64,000 nucleotides of DNA, taken from an uncultured Trueperaceae bacterium (GTDB taxonomy: Bacteria > Deinococcota > Deinococci > Deinococcales > Trueperaceae). The stretch is from contig CAJXNS010000001.1 of NCBI GenBank assembly GCA_913057165.1, positions 22,303 through 86,302 of the forward strand, written 5' to 3'. The notes below the pieces were generated by a model. It was given only the letters and a program-made list of their open reading frames with translations. It searched no databases and was not told the origin of the DNA. The position numbers were made by a program, and so were the translations under genes. Each line of letters opens with the position of its first letter. Position 1 is the stretch's first letter. This document shows, in pieces, positions 45,995 through 56,419 of the stretch.

Positions 45995-47044
45995 GTGCAC
46001 ATCGCGTCTTTTCGGCAATGGTCGTACAAAAACCTGCACGTCGCTGGCCTGGAGTACACCGGTGGCGTCAGTGCCTTTGTGGGCCCAAACGCCGCGGGTA
46101 AAACGAACCTGCTTGATGCGCACTATTTGGCCGTGACCGGCACGCTGGTGGGCGGACGCCTCAGAGACGTCATTCATTGGGAGCAAGATGAAGCGTTTGT
46201 AGCGGCCGTTTGCCACCGCGATGAGATCCGGCACGAGGTTCGCGTCGCGCTCACCCCCACCCGCAAGACCACCGCCTTGGACGGCCAATCCGCCAAACCC
46301 GCGGACGTGCACGCGGTGATGACGGCCGTCAGGATGAGTCCCGAGGATGCCGACATGGTGCACGGCAGCCCGTCGGGGCGGCGTGCATGGCTTGACGACG
46401 TGCTGACGCGCGTCTCCCCTCGCTACGGCGCGATTTTGCGTGAGTACGAGCGTGTGCTCGAGCAACGTAACGCCGGCCTGAAACGATCGATTGACGACAC
46501 CTTGCTCACCGTGCTTTCAGAACGCCTGGCCACCCTCGGCGGGGAGATTGAGGCGTTGCGACAGCGGGCGGTGGATCGCATGTCGGACTTGGCAGCCGAG
46601 GCGTACCGTTCGGTTTCAGGCGGCAGCAAATCGTTAAGGATGGAACTTCAGTTGGTCCGCGGTGAGGTCGGCCTTGACCGCATGCTTCAGGAGCACTGGG
46701 ACGATGAGCGACGACGGGGCGCCACGCTGTACGGACCGCACCGCGACGATGTGGCGATCCTTTTGGACGGCCGCAGTGTGCAGACGTTTGGCTCACGCGG
46801 GGAGGCACGAACCGCCTCCCTGGCGTTACGCACGGCCGAACTACAGCTCCTTCGTGACAAGCATGGGGGCTGGCCGGTCATTCTTTTGGACGACTTCTCA
46901 GCCGAACTTGATGCGCACCGCCGCGCCTTTTTAATGTCGCTGATTGGGCAGGCCGACCAAGCGATCGTGACGGGCACCGAACCGCCCCCCGACGTGACCG
47001 ATGTGCGACACGTGGCTGGAGGTGAGGTCACCCATGCCAACTGA
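45995..47044 (+). CDS. recF: DNA replication and repair protein RecF
   Basis: Walker A is GPNAAGKTNLLDA, the SMC-like signature is ...GSRGEARTASLALR and Walker B is ILLDDFSAELD. Confidence 0.9.
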   Translation: MHIASFRQWSYKNLHVAGLEYTGGVSAFVGPNAAGKTNLLDAHYLAVTGTLVGGRLRDVIHWEQDEAFVAAVCHRDEIRHEVRVALTPTRKTTALDGQSAKPADVHAVMTAVRMSPEDADMVHGSPSGRRAWLDDVLTRVSPRYGAILREYERVLEQRNAGLKRSIDDTLLTVLSERLATLGGEIEALRQRAVDRMSDLAAEAYRSVSGGSKSLRMELQLVRGEVGLDRMLQEHWDDERRRGATLYGPHRDDVAILLDGRSVQTFGSRGEARTASLALRTAELQLLRDKHGGWPVILLDDFSAELDAHRRAFLMSLIGQADQAIVTGTEPPPDVTDVRHVAGGEVTHAN

Positions 47045-47900
47045 GGCTGCCTCAACGCTCCTTGAGAAGCTCTTTGCGCGGCAAGGCTTGAAACGCGGCA
47101 TGCGTGACGCACAGGTGGTGCAGGCTTGGCGGCGTGCGGTTGGCCCGGAGGCCGCGCGGTTGAGCGAAGCCCGGCGGTTTACCCGCGGCACCTTGTTTGT
47201 TGACGTTTCCGATAGTGAAACGGCGATGCATTTGGCCATGCAGCGCCGCCGCTTTATGGACGCCATCAACGATGCGCTCGGATGGGAGGCCGTCAAGGAA
47301 CTTCGGTTTGCTGCCCGGGGTTCGGTCTCGCCGGTTGCAACGCCAGACCGCTCTGCAGAACCACGGTTTGGACCTCCGGGCCCGGACGACGCGCGTGCAG
47401 CCGTCCGTCTGGTGGGCGAAACCGACCAAACGGACGGGCTTGAGGCTGTCACGCGAGCGGCCGCCGCGTTTGCGGCACGTGAGCGGGAGGCCCAGGCGGC
47501 TGGCTGGTCACGCTGCGTGTACTGCGACACGGTGATTAACGGTGGCCGGACGTGTCTCACCTGCGGGCGGTACGAGCATGATGCCCGCGTCCAACAGACG
47601 GCCGCGGCTTGGACTGCCGGTCAAGATGGCCCTACCATGGCACTGACCGAGGATGAAGCGCGGGTTGCCCGCACGCTCGCTGCCGGACAGCTGTTACAGC
47701 AGGTTGAGGTGGACCTGCCCGCGGCATTGACCGACCGGCGCGTGGCGGCTGCGGTGATGCGAGCACTCAAGCACCGTGCCGCGCTGCTCTTGAACGTCGC
47801 ATCGGCCGATGTCAGCGATACGATGCTGCGGTCGTCGCTTTCAGACCGCCTGCGGGCTGTGTTGGATCGGCTGCCCGTGGATGCAAGCGACGACGTTTAG
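47034..47900 (+). CDS. DUF721 (DciA-like) protein with a long C-terminal extension containing a CxxC...CxxC zinc-ribbon motif
   Basis: The N-terminal roughly 95 aa (LLEKLFARQGL...VVQAWRRAVGPEAARLSEARRFTRGTLFVDVSDSETAMHL) is typical DUF721. The later motif reads CVYCDTVINGGRTCLTCG. The ATG overlaps the recF stop. Confidence 0.7.
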   Translation: MPTEAASTLLEKLFARQGLKRGMRDAQVVQAWRRAVGPEAARLSEARRFTRGTLFVDVSDSETAMHLAMQRRRFMDAINDALGWEAVKELRFAARGSVSPVATPDRSAEPRFGPPGPDDARAAVRLVGETDQTDGLEAVTRAAAAFAAREREAQAAGWSRCVYCDTVINGGRTCLTCGRYEHDARVQQTAAAWTAGQDGPTMALTEDEARVARTLAAGQLLQQVEVDLPAALTDRRVAAAVMRALKHRAALLLNVASADVSDTMLRSSLSDRLRAVLDRLPVDASDDV

Positions 47901-47916
47901 AGGAGGTCGAAACCGA

Positions 47917-49458
47917 ATGAATACGGATCGTTCCGCTGTGGTGATGGTGATCTTGGACGGGTTTGGTTTAGCCCCAGACGGTCCCGGTAATGCGGTTGCA
48001 CGAGCGTCCACCCCGAACTTTGATCGTCTCCAAAGCACCATGCCGTCAACGCAGCTTGAAGCGTCAGGCCCTGCCGTGGGCTTGCCGGAGGGCCAGATGG
48101 GCAACAGCGAGGTTGGCCATCTAAATCTCGGGGCGGGTCGCGTGGTGCAGCAGAGCTTGAGTTTTGTCACCGAAAACCTCAAGGCCGAGGCGATTGACGG
48201 TAACGAGGTGTGGCTTGAACTGCTCCGTAACGTGCGTCCTGGTGGCACGCTTCACCTTATGGGCCTCGTCAGTGACGGGGGTGTGCACAGCCATGTCGAC
48301 CATTTGCTCGCTTTGGTAGATGCGGCGGCTCGTGCCGGCGTGCAGCGCGTTCGAGTGCACGCGTTCACAGACGGCCGTGACACCTCGCCGACGAGCGGTC
48401 GTGGTTTCTTGCGTGAGGTGGCGTCCCATTTGCAGGCAGCACCGATCGATGCGCGGATCGCAAGCGTGTCGGGCCGTTACCTTGCGATGGATCGTGACCG
48501 TCGTTGGGAGCGCACGCAAGCCGCGTTTGATGCCGTTGTTTGTGGTGATGGGCAGCGCAAGGCCCCCTCAGCAGATGATGCGATGGCGCAAGCGGAGGCG
48601 AACGGAGAAACCGATGAGTTTGTGACACCGACCGTCATCACAGATGACGGTACGCCGGTCGGACCCGTTGAGGACGGCGATGCGGTCTTGTTCTTCAACT
48701 TTCGGGCCGATCGGGCGCGGCAGTTGTCGGAGGCCCTCATCGGTGGAGATATATTTAATGGTTTTGATCGGTGTCGGCGTCCAGCCGTGGCGTACGCGTC
48801 ACTCATGCCGTACGACGCGTCGTGGGATACGCCGTACCTGCTGAGCTTGCCGCCACTTAAGGCGTGCCTGGCGGAAGTGCTGAGTGTGCACGGCCGCACG
48901 CAATTTCATGCGGCAGAAACCGAGAAGTATCCGCATGTCACGTACTTTTTTAACGCCAAAATCGAGGAGCCTTTCGAGGGAGAAAGCCGCCATATTGAGC
49001 CGTCACCGAAAGTGGCGACCTACGATCTGCAGCCAGAGATGAGTGCGCCGGCGTTAACCGAAGCGGTCGTGACGCGCATTCGCGAACGTATCGATGATTT
49101 TGTGCTGGTGAATTTCGCCAACCCCGACATGGTGGGCCACACCGGCGATATCGGTGCCGCAGTGAAGGCGTGTGAGGCGGTCGATGTGAGCCTTGGCAAG
49201 GTGCTTGAGGCGACCGAGGAGACCGGGGCGCGGCTGTTGGTGTTGGCCGATCATGGCAACGCGGAAACCATGATGACCGCCGACGGACAACCGCACACCG
49301 CGCATACCACCAACCAGGTGCCGTTTGTGCTCGCGGGCGCCGGCGACGTGACCCTGCGTGAGGGGGGCATCCTTGGGGACGTGGCTCCTACGGTGCTTGC
49401 GTTGCTCGGGGTGCCTCAGCCGGAGGAGATGACCGGCCGTAGCCTGATTGGTGCGTAA
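47917..49458 (+). CDS. gpmI: 2,3-bisphosphoglycerate-independent phosphoglycerate mutase
   Basis: VMVILDGFGLAP...GQMGNSEVGHLNLGAGR...ADHGNAE. ATG 47917 lies 10 nt after AGGAGG. Confidence 0.95.
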   Translation: MNTDRSAVVMVILDGFGLAPDGPGNAVARASTPNFDRLQSTMPSTQLEASGPAVGLPEGQMGNSEVGHLNLGAGRVVQQSLSFVTENLKAEAIDGNEVWLELLRNVRPGGTLHLMGLVSDGGVHSHVDHLLALVDAAARAGVQRVRVHAFTDGRDTSPTSGRGFLREVASHLQAAPIDARIASVSGRYLAMDRDRRWERTQAAFDAVVCGDGQRKAPSADDAMAQAEANGETDEFVTPTVITDDGTPVGPVEDGDAVLFFNFRADRARQLSEALIGGDIFNGFDRCRRPAVAYASLMPYDASWDTPYLLSLPPLKACLAEVLSVHGRTQFHAAETEKYPHVTYFFNAKIEEPFEGESRHIEPSPKVATYDLQPEMSAPALTEAVVTRIRERIDDFVLVNFANPDMVGHTGDIGAAVKACEAVDVSLGKVLEATEETGARLLVLADHGNAETMMTADGQPHTAHTTNQVPFVLAGAGDVTLREGGILGDVAPTVLALLGVPQPEEMTGRSLIGA

Positions 49459-49500
49459 GCCCCTGCGGTGGTGTTCACGCGATCGGCGTGATTGACAAAG

Positions 49501-49532
49501 AACAGGCGGGCGTCCAGTGACGCCCGCCTGTT
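49501..49532. terminator. Bidirectional terminator hairpin between convergent gpmI and groEL
   Basis: 14-bp stem AACAGGCGGGCGTC-CAGT-GACGCCCGCCTGTT, flanked by AAAG and TTGG. Confidence 0.7.
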
Positions 49533-49558
49533 TGGCGTGCTTGCGCGTGAGAGGTGGC

Positions 49559-51220
<1,662 letters not shown>

Positions 51221-51254
51221 TTAGATGCTCCTTTTTGGGTGTGGTTCGGTTGGG

Positions 51255-51542
51255 TTACTGAACGATGGCGTGAATGTCGCGTTCGCTGAGGATCATCAGC
51301 TCTTCGCCCTCGATGTTGACTTCGGTGCCGCCGTATTTGGCAAAGACCACCGTGTCGCCTTCTGAGACTTCGAGGGGCACGCGCTCACCGCTGTCGAGAA
51401 GTTTGCCGCTGCCGACGGCACGGACCTTGCCCCGTTGGCTTTTTTCTTGTGCCGAGTCGGGAAGGACGATGCCGCTTGCGGTGGTTTGCGGCTCCTCGAT
51501 CACCTCGACCACGATCTTGTCCCCGAGTGGTTTGAGCGTCAT
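51255..51542 (-). CDS. groS: Co-chaperonin GroES
   Basis: 95 aa ([29 protein letters not shown]...). AGGAGG lies upstream of ATG 51542. Confidence 0.95.
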   Translation of the reverse strand: MTLKPLGDKIVVEVIEEPQTTASGIVLPDSAQEKSQRGKVRAVGSGKLLDSGERVPLEVSEGDTVVFAKYGGTEVNIEGEELMILSERDIHAIVQ

Positions 51543-51591
51543 GTTTCCTCCTACGGAATTGGATTGGGTTCGTGGGATACCCCACGCTTGC

Positions 51592-51618
51592 TTGGCACTC
51601 GGTAGGGTTGAGTGCCAA
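51592..51618 (-). promoter_or_regulatory. CIRCE-type operator (HrcA site) TTGGCACTC-N9-GAGTGCCAA
   Basis: Perfect 9-bp dyad with a 9-nt spacer in the groES leader. It differs from the canonical TTAGCACTC-N9-GAGTGCTAA by one symmetric change. Confidence 0.85.
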
Positions 51619-51627
51619 TCGGGCGCA

Positions 51628-51657
51628 AGCGTACTCCCCAAGAGAGCGACTTGTCAA
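51628..51657 (-). promoter_or_regulatory. Candidate groESL promoter (TTGACA-18 nt-TACGCT)
   Basis: The minus strand reads CTTGACA-AGTCGCTCTCTTGGGGAG-TACGCT. CIRCE begins 9 nt downstream of the -10. Confidence 0.6.
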
Positions 51658-51687
51658 GTCCTTTGAGTGTTAGTGACTCAGATCTTG

Positions 51688-52017
51688 TCAGCCTCTGCGA
51701 AGGCCTGCGATGAGCGCTGGCACGAACGCCACGGCGAACGGCGCGTTATACGTCAACACGTCCACCAATCCAGACCAGCCCTCATTCAACGCCTCGGTTC
51801 GCAGCCAAGGCTCAATATCGGTCTGCAACTTCACCCAATCAACCGTGACGTAACCACCCCACGCTAAAAACTGGACGGACACCACCAGCAAGCCCAAGGC
51901 GAGGGCCACGGCCTTACCGATCTTTTTAATGGCGAAACCCGACACAAATCCCGCAATCGCACCGACACCAATTTGCTCAACCCACGGCAGCACTTGCGAA
52001 AGCGACGGTACATCCAT
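51688..52017 (-). CDS. FUN14-like small membrane protein
   Basis: 109 aa from ATG 52017 with three hydrophobic segments (GVGAIAGFVSGFAIKKIGKAVALALGLLVV). The family call is from memory. Confidence 0.55.
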   Translation of the reverse strand: MDVPSLSQVLPWVEQIGVGAIAGFVSGFAIKKIGKAVALALGLLVVSVQFLAWGGYVTVDWVKLQTDIEPWLRTEALNEGWSGLVDVLTYNAPFAVAFVPALIAGLRRG

Positions 52018-52025
52018 AAATCGCC

Positions 52026-52031
52026 AACGTA
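52026..52031 (-). promoter_or_regulatory. Extended -10 TGCTACGTT, 8 nt upstream of ATG 52017
   Basis: The minus strand reads GGCGTGCTACGTT-GGCGATTT-ATG. No SD is present. Confidence 0.4.
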
Positions 52032-52081
52032 GCACGCCGCCAGCCTTGGGTTCCACAACCCTGTGATCCACCCCGCTGCGA

Positions 52082-52087
52082 TATCGT
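52082..52087 (+). promoter_or_regulatory. -10 box TATCGT, 7 nt upstream of psuG GTG 52095
   Basis: The sequence reads GCGATATCGT-CAACAAC-GTG. No SD is present. Confidence 0.45.
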
Positions 52088-52094
52088 CAACAAC

Positions 52095-53000
52095 GTGAAC
52101 ATGACAGCGCCAGACCGAATCCAAGACGCCCTTGCCAACCAACGACCCGTCGTGGCGCTTGAATCCACCGTGATCACCCACGGTCTCCCTCACCCCGCCA
52201 ACCTCGAATTGGCCCAAAGTTTGGAGTCCATTGTCCGCAGTGAGGGTGCTGAGCCAGCAACCATCGGCATCGTGGACGGACAAGCCGTGATTGGCTTAGA
52301 ACCCGACCAGCTTGAACGCCTGGCGCAAGAACCGTGCGACAAGGCCTCGTCCTGGAACCTGGCAGCCATCATGGCTCAGGGCCGAACGGCAGGCACGACC
52401 GTCGCAACCACCCTTAAGTTCGCAGCCCAACAGGGCATACGCGTGTTTGCCACAGGAGGAATAGGCGGTGTTCACGTTGAACCGTTCGACGAATCCGCCG
52501 ATCTTGGGGCGCTGGCGCGCCATCCAGTGGTCACCGTCTGCGCCGGCCCCAAAAGTGTGTTGAATGTGCCGGCCACCCTTGAACGACTCGAAACGCTCGG
52601 TGTTCCGGTGGTTGGCTACCAAAGCGACCGACTGGCCGGATTTCACGTGCCAACCACCGATCTTGAAGTACCCATTCGTGCCGACACACCCGAAGAGGTG
52701 GCAGCCATTGAAGAGGCCCAGCGAACGATCGGCTTAGGCTCCGGTGTGCTGGTGAGTCAGCCGGTCGACGAAGGTCTGAGCCCCGACGACGTACACTCAT
52801 GGATCGATGACGCCCGCCGTGATGCGGCCGCGCAAGGTATTCGCGGCAAAGCCGTTACACCGCACCTTCTCGCGGCGATCGCCGAGCGGTCGGGAGGCCA
52901 AACCGTGACCGTCAACGTTCGCCTCCTCGAGCGCAACGCGACCCTCGCAGCGCAAATCGCACGTGCGTTAGCCCAGCGGACGAAGGAGCTCACCGCATGA
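52095..53000 (+). CDS. psuG: Pseudouridine-5'-phosphate glycosidase
   Basis: VVALESTVITHGLPHPANLE...ATGGIGGVH...GPKSVLNVPATLERLETLGVPVVGY is typical of PsuG. Confidence 0.9.
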   Translation: MNMTAPDRIQDALANQRPVVALESTVITHGLPHPANLELAQSLESIVRSEGAEPATIGIVDGQAVIGLEPDQLERLAQEPCDKASSWNLAAIMAQGRTAGTTVATTLKFAAQQGIRVFATGGIGGVHVEPFDESADLGALARHPVVTVCAGPKSVLNVPATLERLETLGVPVVGYQSDRLAGFHVPTTDLEVPIRADTPEEVAAIEEAQRTIGLGSGVLVSQPVDEGLSPDDVHSWIDDARRDAAAQGIRGKAVTPHLLAAIAERSGGQTVTVNVRLLERNATLAAQIARALAQRTKELTA

Positions 53001-54175
53001 CCGAACCACCAACCCAGGCCTCTCCCGCGAACCCCAACACGCTGGGCGAAGCCCTAAAAACCGCCCGCGAAGCGAAAGGGCTGAGCCTCCAGACGGTGGC
53101 GGACCGCACACGGATTCGCCAGGCGTACCTAGAAGCCTTCGAAAATAACGCCGTGGATGAGTTCCCAAGCACCGTGTACGCCCGCAACTTCGTGCGCCTA
53201 TTCGCGCGTGAGGTAGGACTACCCGAAGCCCGAGCGACCGAACTGTTTGAAGCACTCACCGGCACCGTAGCCACACCCGACCCGGCCGCCACAAGCCAAA
53301 GCGAAGCCCAAGACATTCCCACCGTGCAACGCACCCCGCGTCGTCCCGCCCCCACGCCGGTCACGCGCAAAGCGGTACGTCTCCCAAGCGGGCTTTTGCT
53401 GACAGCCGCGCTGCTGATCGCCGTCATCGCGGGCGGCCTGTGGGGCGTCAACACGCTTTTCAGTAACGCAGCCACCCAACCCGCACCAGACCCAGCGGCA
53501 GCCACACCGGACATCGTCAGCGACGCACCGGCAGAAACCCCAGAAGACGCAGCCCCTGCTGCCAACGGAGCGGAGGATGCGGCCGTCACCGAGGGTGCAG
53601 ACGCGCCTCAAGCGGGTACCGAGGGCGACCTGCTGGCCGCCCCCAGTCCCGCTGGACCCAACGGCTTACCTGCGGAGGTTCAAATCAGCGTCCAAACCAA
53701 CCCGCCTGGCGCTAATGTCAGCGTGGATGCGTTTCCCCTCCCAGGCGCCACCCCCATCGAAAACGTCCCCGTGACCGCACGACCGCAGCGAACGCTCACC
53801 ATCACGCTTGACGGTTACGAGCCGCTTCGCACCGAAGAAACGTTCACCGAAGATCGCACGTTCAGTTTCGACCTCACACCCGTCACCGCAAGCGGCAGCG
53901 CGCCTGCCGCCAACCGACCGGCGGACGGGGCGTCCGGACTCCGCTTGGTCGTCCGCGAACGGTCGTGGCTTGAGGCCTACCAAGGCCTTGAGCGCGGTGA
54001 AGGCGAGCGTTTGGCGTACACCACCGCGCAACCCGGCAGCGAGTACGAGTTTGACCTGCCGGTCTACATCCGCTTAGGCAACGCAGGTGGTGTCGATATC
54101 TTCCTTAACGGCGAGCAGGTTGATCCGATCGGCGCCGACGGCGGCGTCGCCGGTGCTGCCTTCGCGAGCGACTGA
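52997..54175 (+). CDS. RodZ-like protein: XRE HTH, TM helix, Pro/Ala-rich linker, PEGA-like domain, RodZ C-terminal (DUF4115) domain
   Basis: The HTH reads LGEALKTAREAKGLSLQTVADRTRIRQAYLEAFE and the TM helix reads LLLTAALLIAVIAGGLWGV. The PEGA-like segment reads NPPGANVSVDAFPLPGATP...ITLDGYEP. The C-terminus reads SWLEAY...IRLGNAGGVDIFLNG. Confidence 0.75.
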   Translation: MTEPPTQASPANPNTLGEALKTAREAKGLSLQTVADRTRIRQAYLEAFENNAVDEFPSTVYARNFVRLFAREVGLPEARATELFEALTGTVATPDPAATSQSEAQDIPTVQRTPRRPAPTPVTRKAVRLPSGLLLTAALLIAVIAGGLWGVNTLFSNAATQPAPDPAAATPDIVSDAPAETPEDAAPAANGAEDAAVTEGADAPQAGTEGDLLAAPSPAGPNGLPAEVQISVQTNPPGANVSVDAFPLPGATPIENVPVTARPQRTLTITLDGYEPLRTEETFTEDRTFSFDLTPVTASGSAPAANRPADGASGLRLVVRERSWLEAYQGLERGEGERLAYTTAQPGSEYEFDLPVYIRLGNAGGVDIFLNGEQVDPIGADGGVAGAAFASD

Positions 54176-54177
54176 TT

Positions 54178-55329
54178 ATGGTCCTTGAACTCGCCCTGAG
54201 TGCGCTTCGCTACAGGCCGATGCGCACGTTCCTCACCGCGTCTGGCATCGCCATTGCGGTTGGCTCCATGGTTGTCTTCCTGTCGCTTGGTGAAGGCCTG
54301 CGTCAAGCGTTCGCCAACGAAATTGGGAGCGTGGGTGCCGAAATTCAAGTGAGTTACGGCTCGTTTGAAAACCTTGGAAGCTCACCTGAGTTGCCGCTCA
54401 GCCGCGCCGACGACCTGCGGGCTGTTGCCGACGAATACGGCATCGTGTCCGTTACACCGCTCTACCTTTACTTCCGCGGGGGCTTCAGTCCGACATCGTC
54501 GTTTGCTTTTCAAGGCGTCCCAACCGATGTGGACCTCACCGGTATTTACCCCGGCTTCGAAATCACCGAAGGTCGCGGACTGACACCCGAGGACCGCACA
54601 CGAAACGTCGCCGTGGTGGGCGAGCAGGTCGCCGAACGAAGCAACCTACAAGTCGGTGGCACGCTACGTTTGTCAAGCGATGCGGCATTCGAGATTGTGG
54701 GCCTCTCAAGCAGTGCCGGGGGCTTTCTAGGGAACGCGGTGATTACGCCACTCGTCAGCCTCCAACAAGCCACCAACGCCAACGACAACGTCACATTCTT
54801 TGTGGTTGATATTGAAAATCCTGCCGAAGCGGCCAACACCGCCGCCGCCCTGGCCGAACGATTCCCTGAACTTGGGTTTCAAACCCAAAGCGACGTTCTT
54901 GAGGTCATCGAACGCGGAATCCAAATCACTGACGTTGTGCGCCTCGGTATCTCCGTCATTGCCTTGATCGTCGGCGCGATCGCCGTGGCAAACACCGTCC
55001 TGATGAGCGTGATTGAGCGGACCCGCGAGTTTGGGGTCGTCCGCGCAGTCGGCGCACGCCCACGGTTCCTGTTCGGCCTCGTACTCGTCGAGAGCATTGC
55101 CTTGTCCATTGTCGGCGGGGCCGCCGGCGTGGCCCTTGGGTTTGGCGGCGCTGCCGTGGTCAACATCATCGCGGTCGACCTGATCGGCCTTCAGGTAGCG
55201 GCCATCACCGCCCGCCTGGTGGCCTTCTCATTCGGTGTGGCCTTTGCCATGGGCATCCTGTCAGGCCTTGCACCGTCGGCAAGGGCGGCACGAATACGAA
55301 TCGCGGAGGCCACGTCCTATGGCGTCTAA
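54178..55329 (+). CDS. FtsX/MacB-type ABC transporter permease
   Basis: One N-terminal TM helix, an extracytoplasmic domain of about 230 aa, then three C-terminal TM helices (FtsX-like). Confidence 0.8.
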   Translation: MVLELALSALRYRPMRTFLTASGIAIAVGSMVVFLSLGEGLRQAFANEIGSVGAEIQVSYGSFENLGSSPELPLSRADDLRAVADEYGIVSVTPLYLYFRGGFSPTSSFAFQGVPTDVDLTGIYPGFEITEGRGLTPEDRTRNVAVVGEQVAERSNLQVGGTLRLSSDAAFEIVGLSSSAGGFLGNAVITPLVSLQQATNANDNVTFFVVDIENPAEAANTAAALAERFPELGFQTQSDVLEVIERGIQITDVVRLGISVIALIVGAIAVANTVLMSVIERTREFGVVRAVGARPRFLFGLVLVESIALSIVGGAAGVALGFGGAAVVNIIAVDLIGLQVAAITARLVAFSFGVAFAMGILSGLAPSARAARIRIAEATSYGV

Positions 55330-56020
55330 AACCACGACGCACCCACTGATTGCCCACGAACTGAAGCGAACCTTCGACACACCAAGTGGTCCGGTGGAGG
55401 CGATCCGCCACGTCAACCACGAGTTTTTGCCTGGTCAGGTCACAGCTGTGATGGGTCCGTCCGGCTCCGGCAAGTCGACCCTGCTGAATCTCCTCGCTGG
55501 CTTCGACGACCCATCCGAAGGTCATGTGGAGTACGGCGGTACCGTCATCAGCGACCTACCGGAACGCAAACGCGCAGCCTTCCGGTTGACCACCTTTGGG
55601 TTTGTCTTCCAAGCCGCGAACCTTATCTCCGTCCTCCCTGCCGCGAGGAACATCGCCTTCCCCATGGGCCTAGCTGGGGTTCCTCGCCAAGAACGCCAGC
55701 AACGCGCAAGCGAGCTACTGGAGCGTTTCGGTGTCAGCCACCGCGCAAGCGCGCTGCCGCGGACCTTAAGCGGCGGGGAGCGTCAACGTGTGGCGATTGC
55801 GCGCGCTCTGGCCAACGATCCAAGCGTGGTCTTTGCCGATGAACCTACCGGCTCGTTGGATCGCGAGAGCGGCAAGACGGTGGTGCAGGCACTGCGTTCA
55901 GTCGCCGAAGACGGTCGGGCTGTCATCATGGTCACGCACGACCCTGAAGTGGCTGCAGCGGCCGATGACATCGTACGGATCGTCGACGGTGTGATGGACG
56001 AGAACGATCACGCCGGATGA
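55319..56020 (+). CDS. ABC transporter ATP-binding protein (MacB/LolD type)
   Basis: Walker A is [12 protein letters not shown], the signature is [15 protein letters not shown] and Walker B is VVFADEPTGSLD. The ATG overlaps the permease gene's 3' end. Confidence 0.9.
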   Translation: MASKTTTHPLIAHELKRTFDTPSGPVEAIRHVNHEFLPGQVTAVMGPSGSGKSTLLNLLAGFDDPSEGHVEYGGTVISDLPERKRAAFRLTTFGFVFQAANLISVLPAARNIAFPMGLAGVPRQERQQRASELLERFGVSHRASALPRTLSGGERQRVAIARALANDPSVVFADEPTGSLDRESGKTVVQALRSVAEDGRAVIMVTHDPEVAAAADDIVRIVDGVMDENDHAG

Positions 56021-56370
56021 AGCCGCACTGGTTTGCCATCGGCGCTGCACTTGCAGCGACGTCTGTTGCGCTGGGGGCGTTCGGTGCGCATGCGCTTGAA
56101 TCGGTCCTGACCAGTGAACGGATGGGAACGTTTGAGACGGCGGTGAGGTACCAAATGTGGCACGCCCTGGGCCTGATGGCGTTGGCGGTGAGTCCGCGGT
56201 CCGCACGCGTCGCGATGATCGCCTTGCTTGTGGGCACGGTGCTCTTCTCAGGCAGCTTATACATGCTGGTTTGGACCAACGTGCCCCTATGGGGTGCGGT
56301 CGCGCCGGTGGGTGGCGTGGCACTCATCACAGGCTGGCTTATGGCCGCCTGGCAGCACCTACGCAATTAG
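56017..56370 (+). CDS. DUF423-family membrane protein
   Basis: 117 aa with four TM segments. GAFGAHAL...AVRYQMWHALGL is typical of the family. Confidence 0.75.
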   Translation: MKPHWFAIGAALAATSVALGAFGAHALESVLTSERMGTFETAVRYQMWHALGLMALAVSPRSARVAMIALLVGTVLFSGSLYMLVWTNVPLWGAVAPVGGVALITGWLMAAWQHLRN

Positions 56371-56407
56371 CCCACCGCAGCCCATCCCCTAAGCACCGGC
56401 AGACGGT

Positions 56408-56413
56408 TAGGAT
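56408..56413 (+). promoter_or_regulatory. -10 box TAGGAT, 6 nt upstream of ATG 56420
   Basis: The sequence reads ACGGTTAGGAT-GCGCGA-ATG. No SD is present. Confidence 0.5.
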
Positions 56414-56419
56414 GCGCGA

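Noticed and set aside
51658-51687. GAGTGTTAGTGACTC upstream of the groES promoter was considered as a second CIRCE-like element.
   Set aside because: Only 4-bp arms (GAGT/ACTC) are actually complementary, and the spacing does not fit the 9-N9-9 CIRCE architecture.
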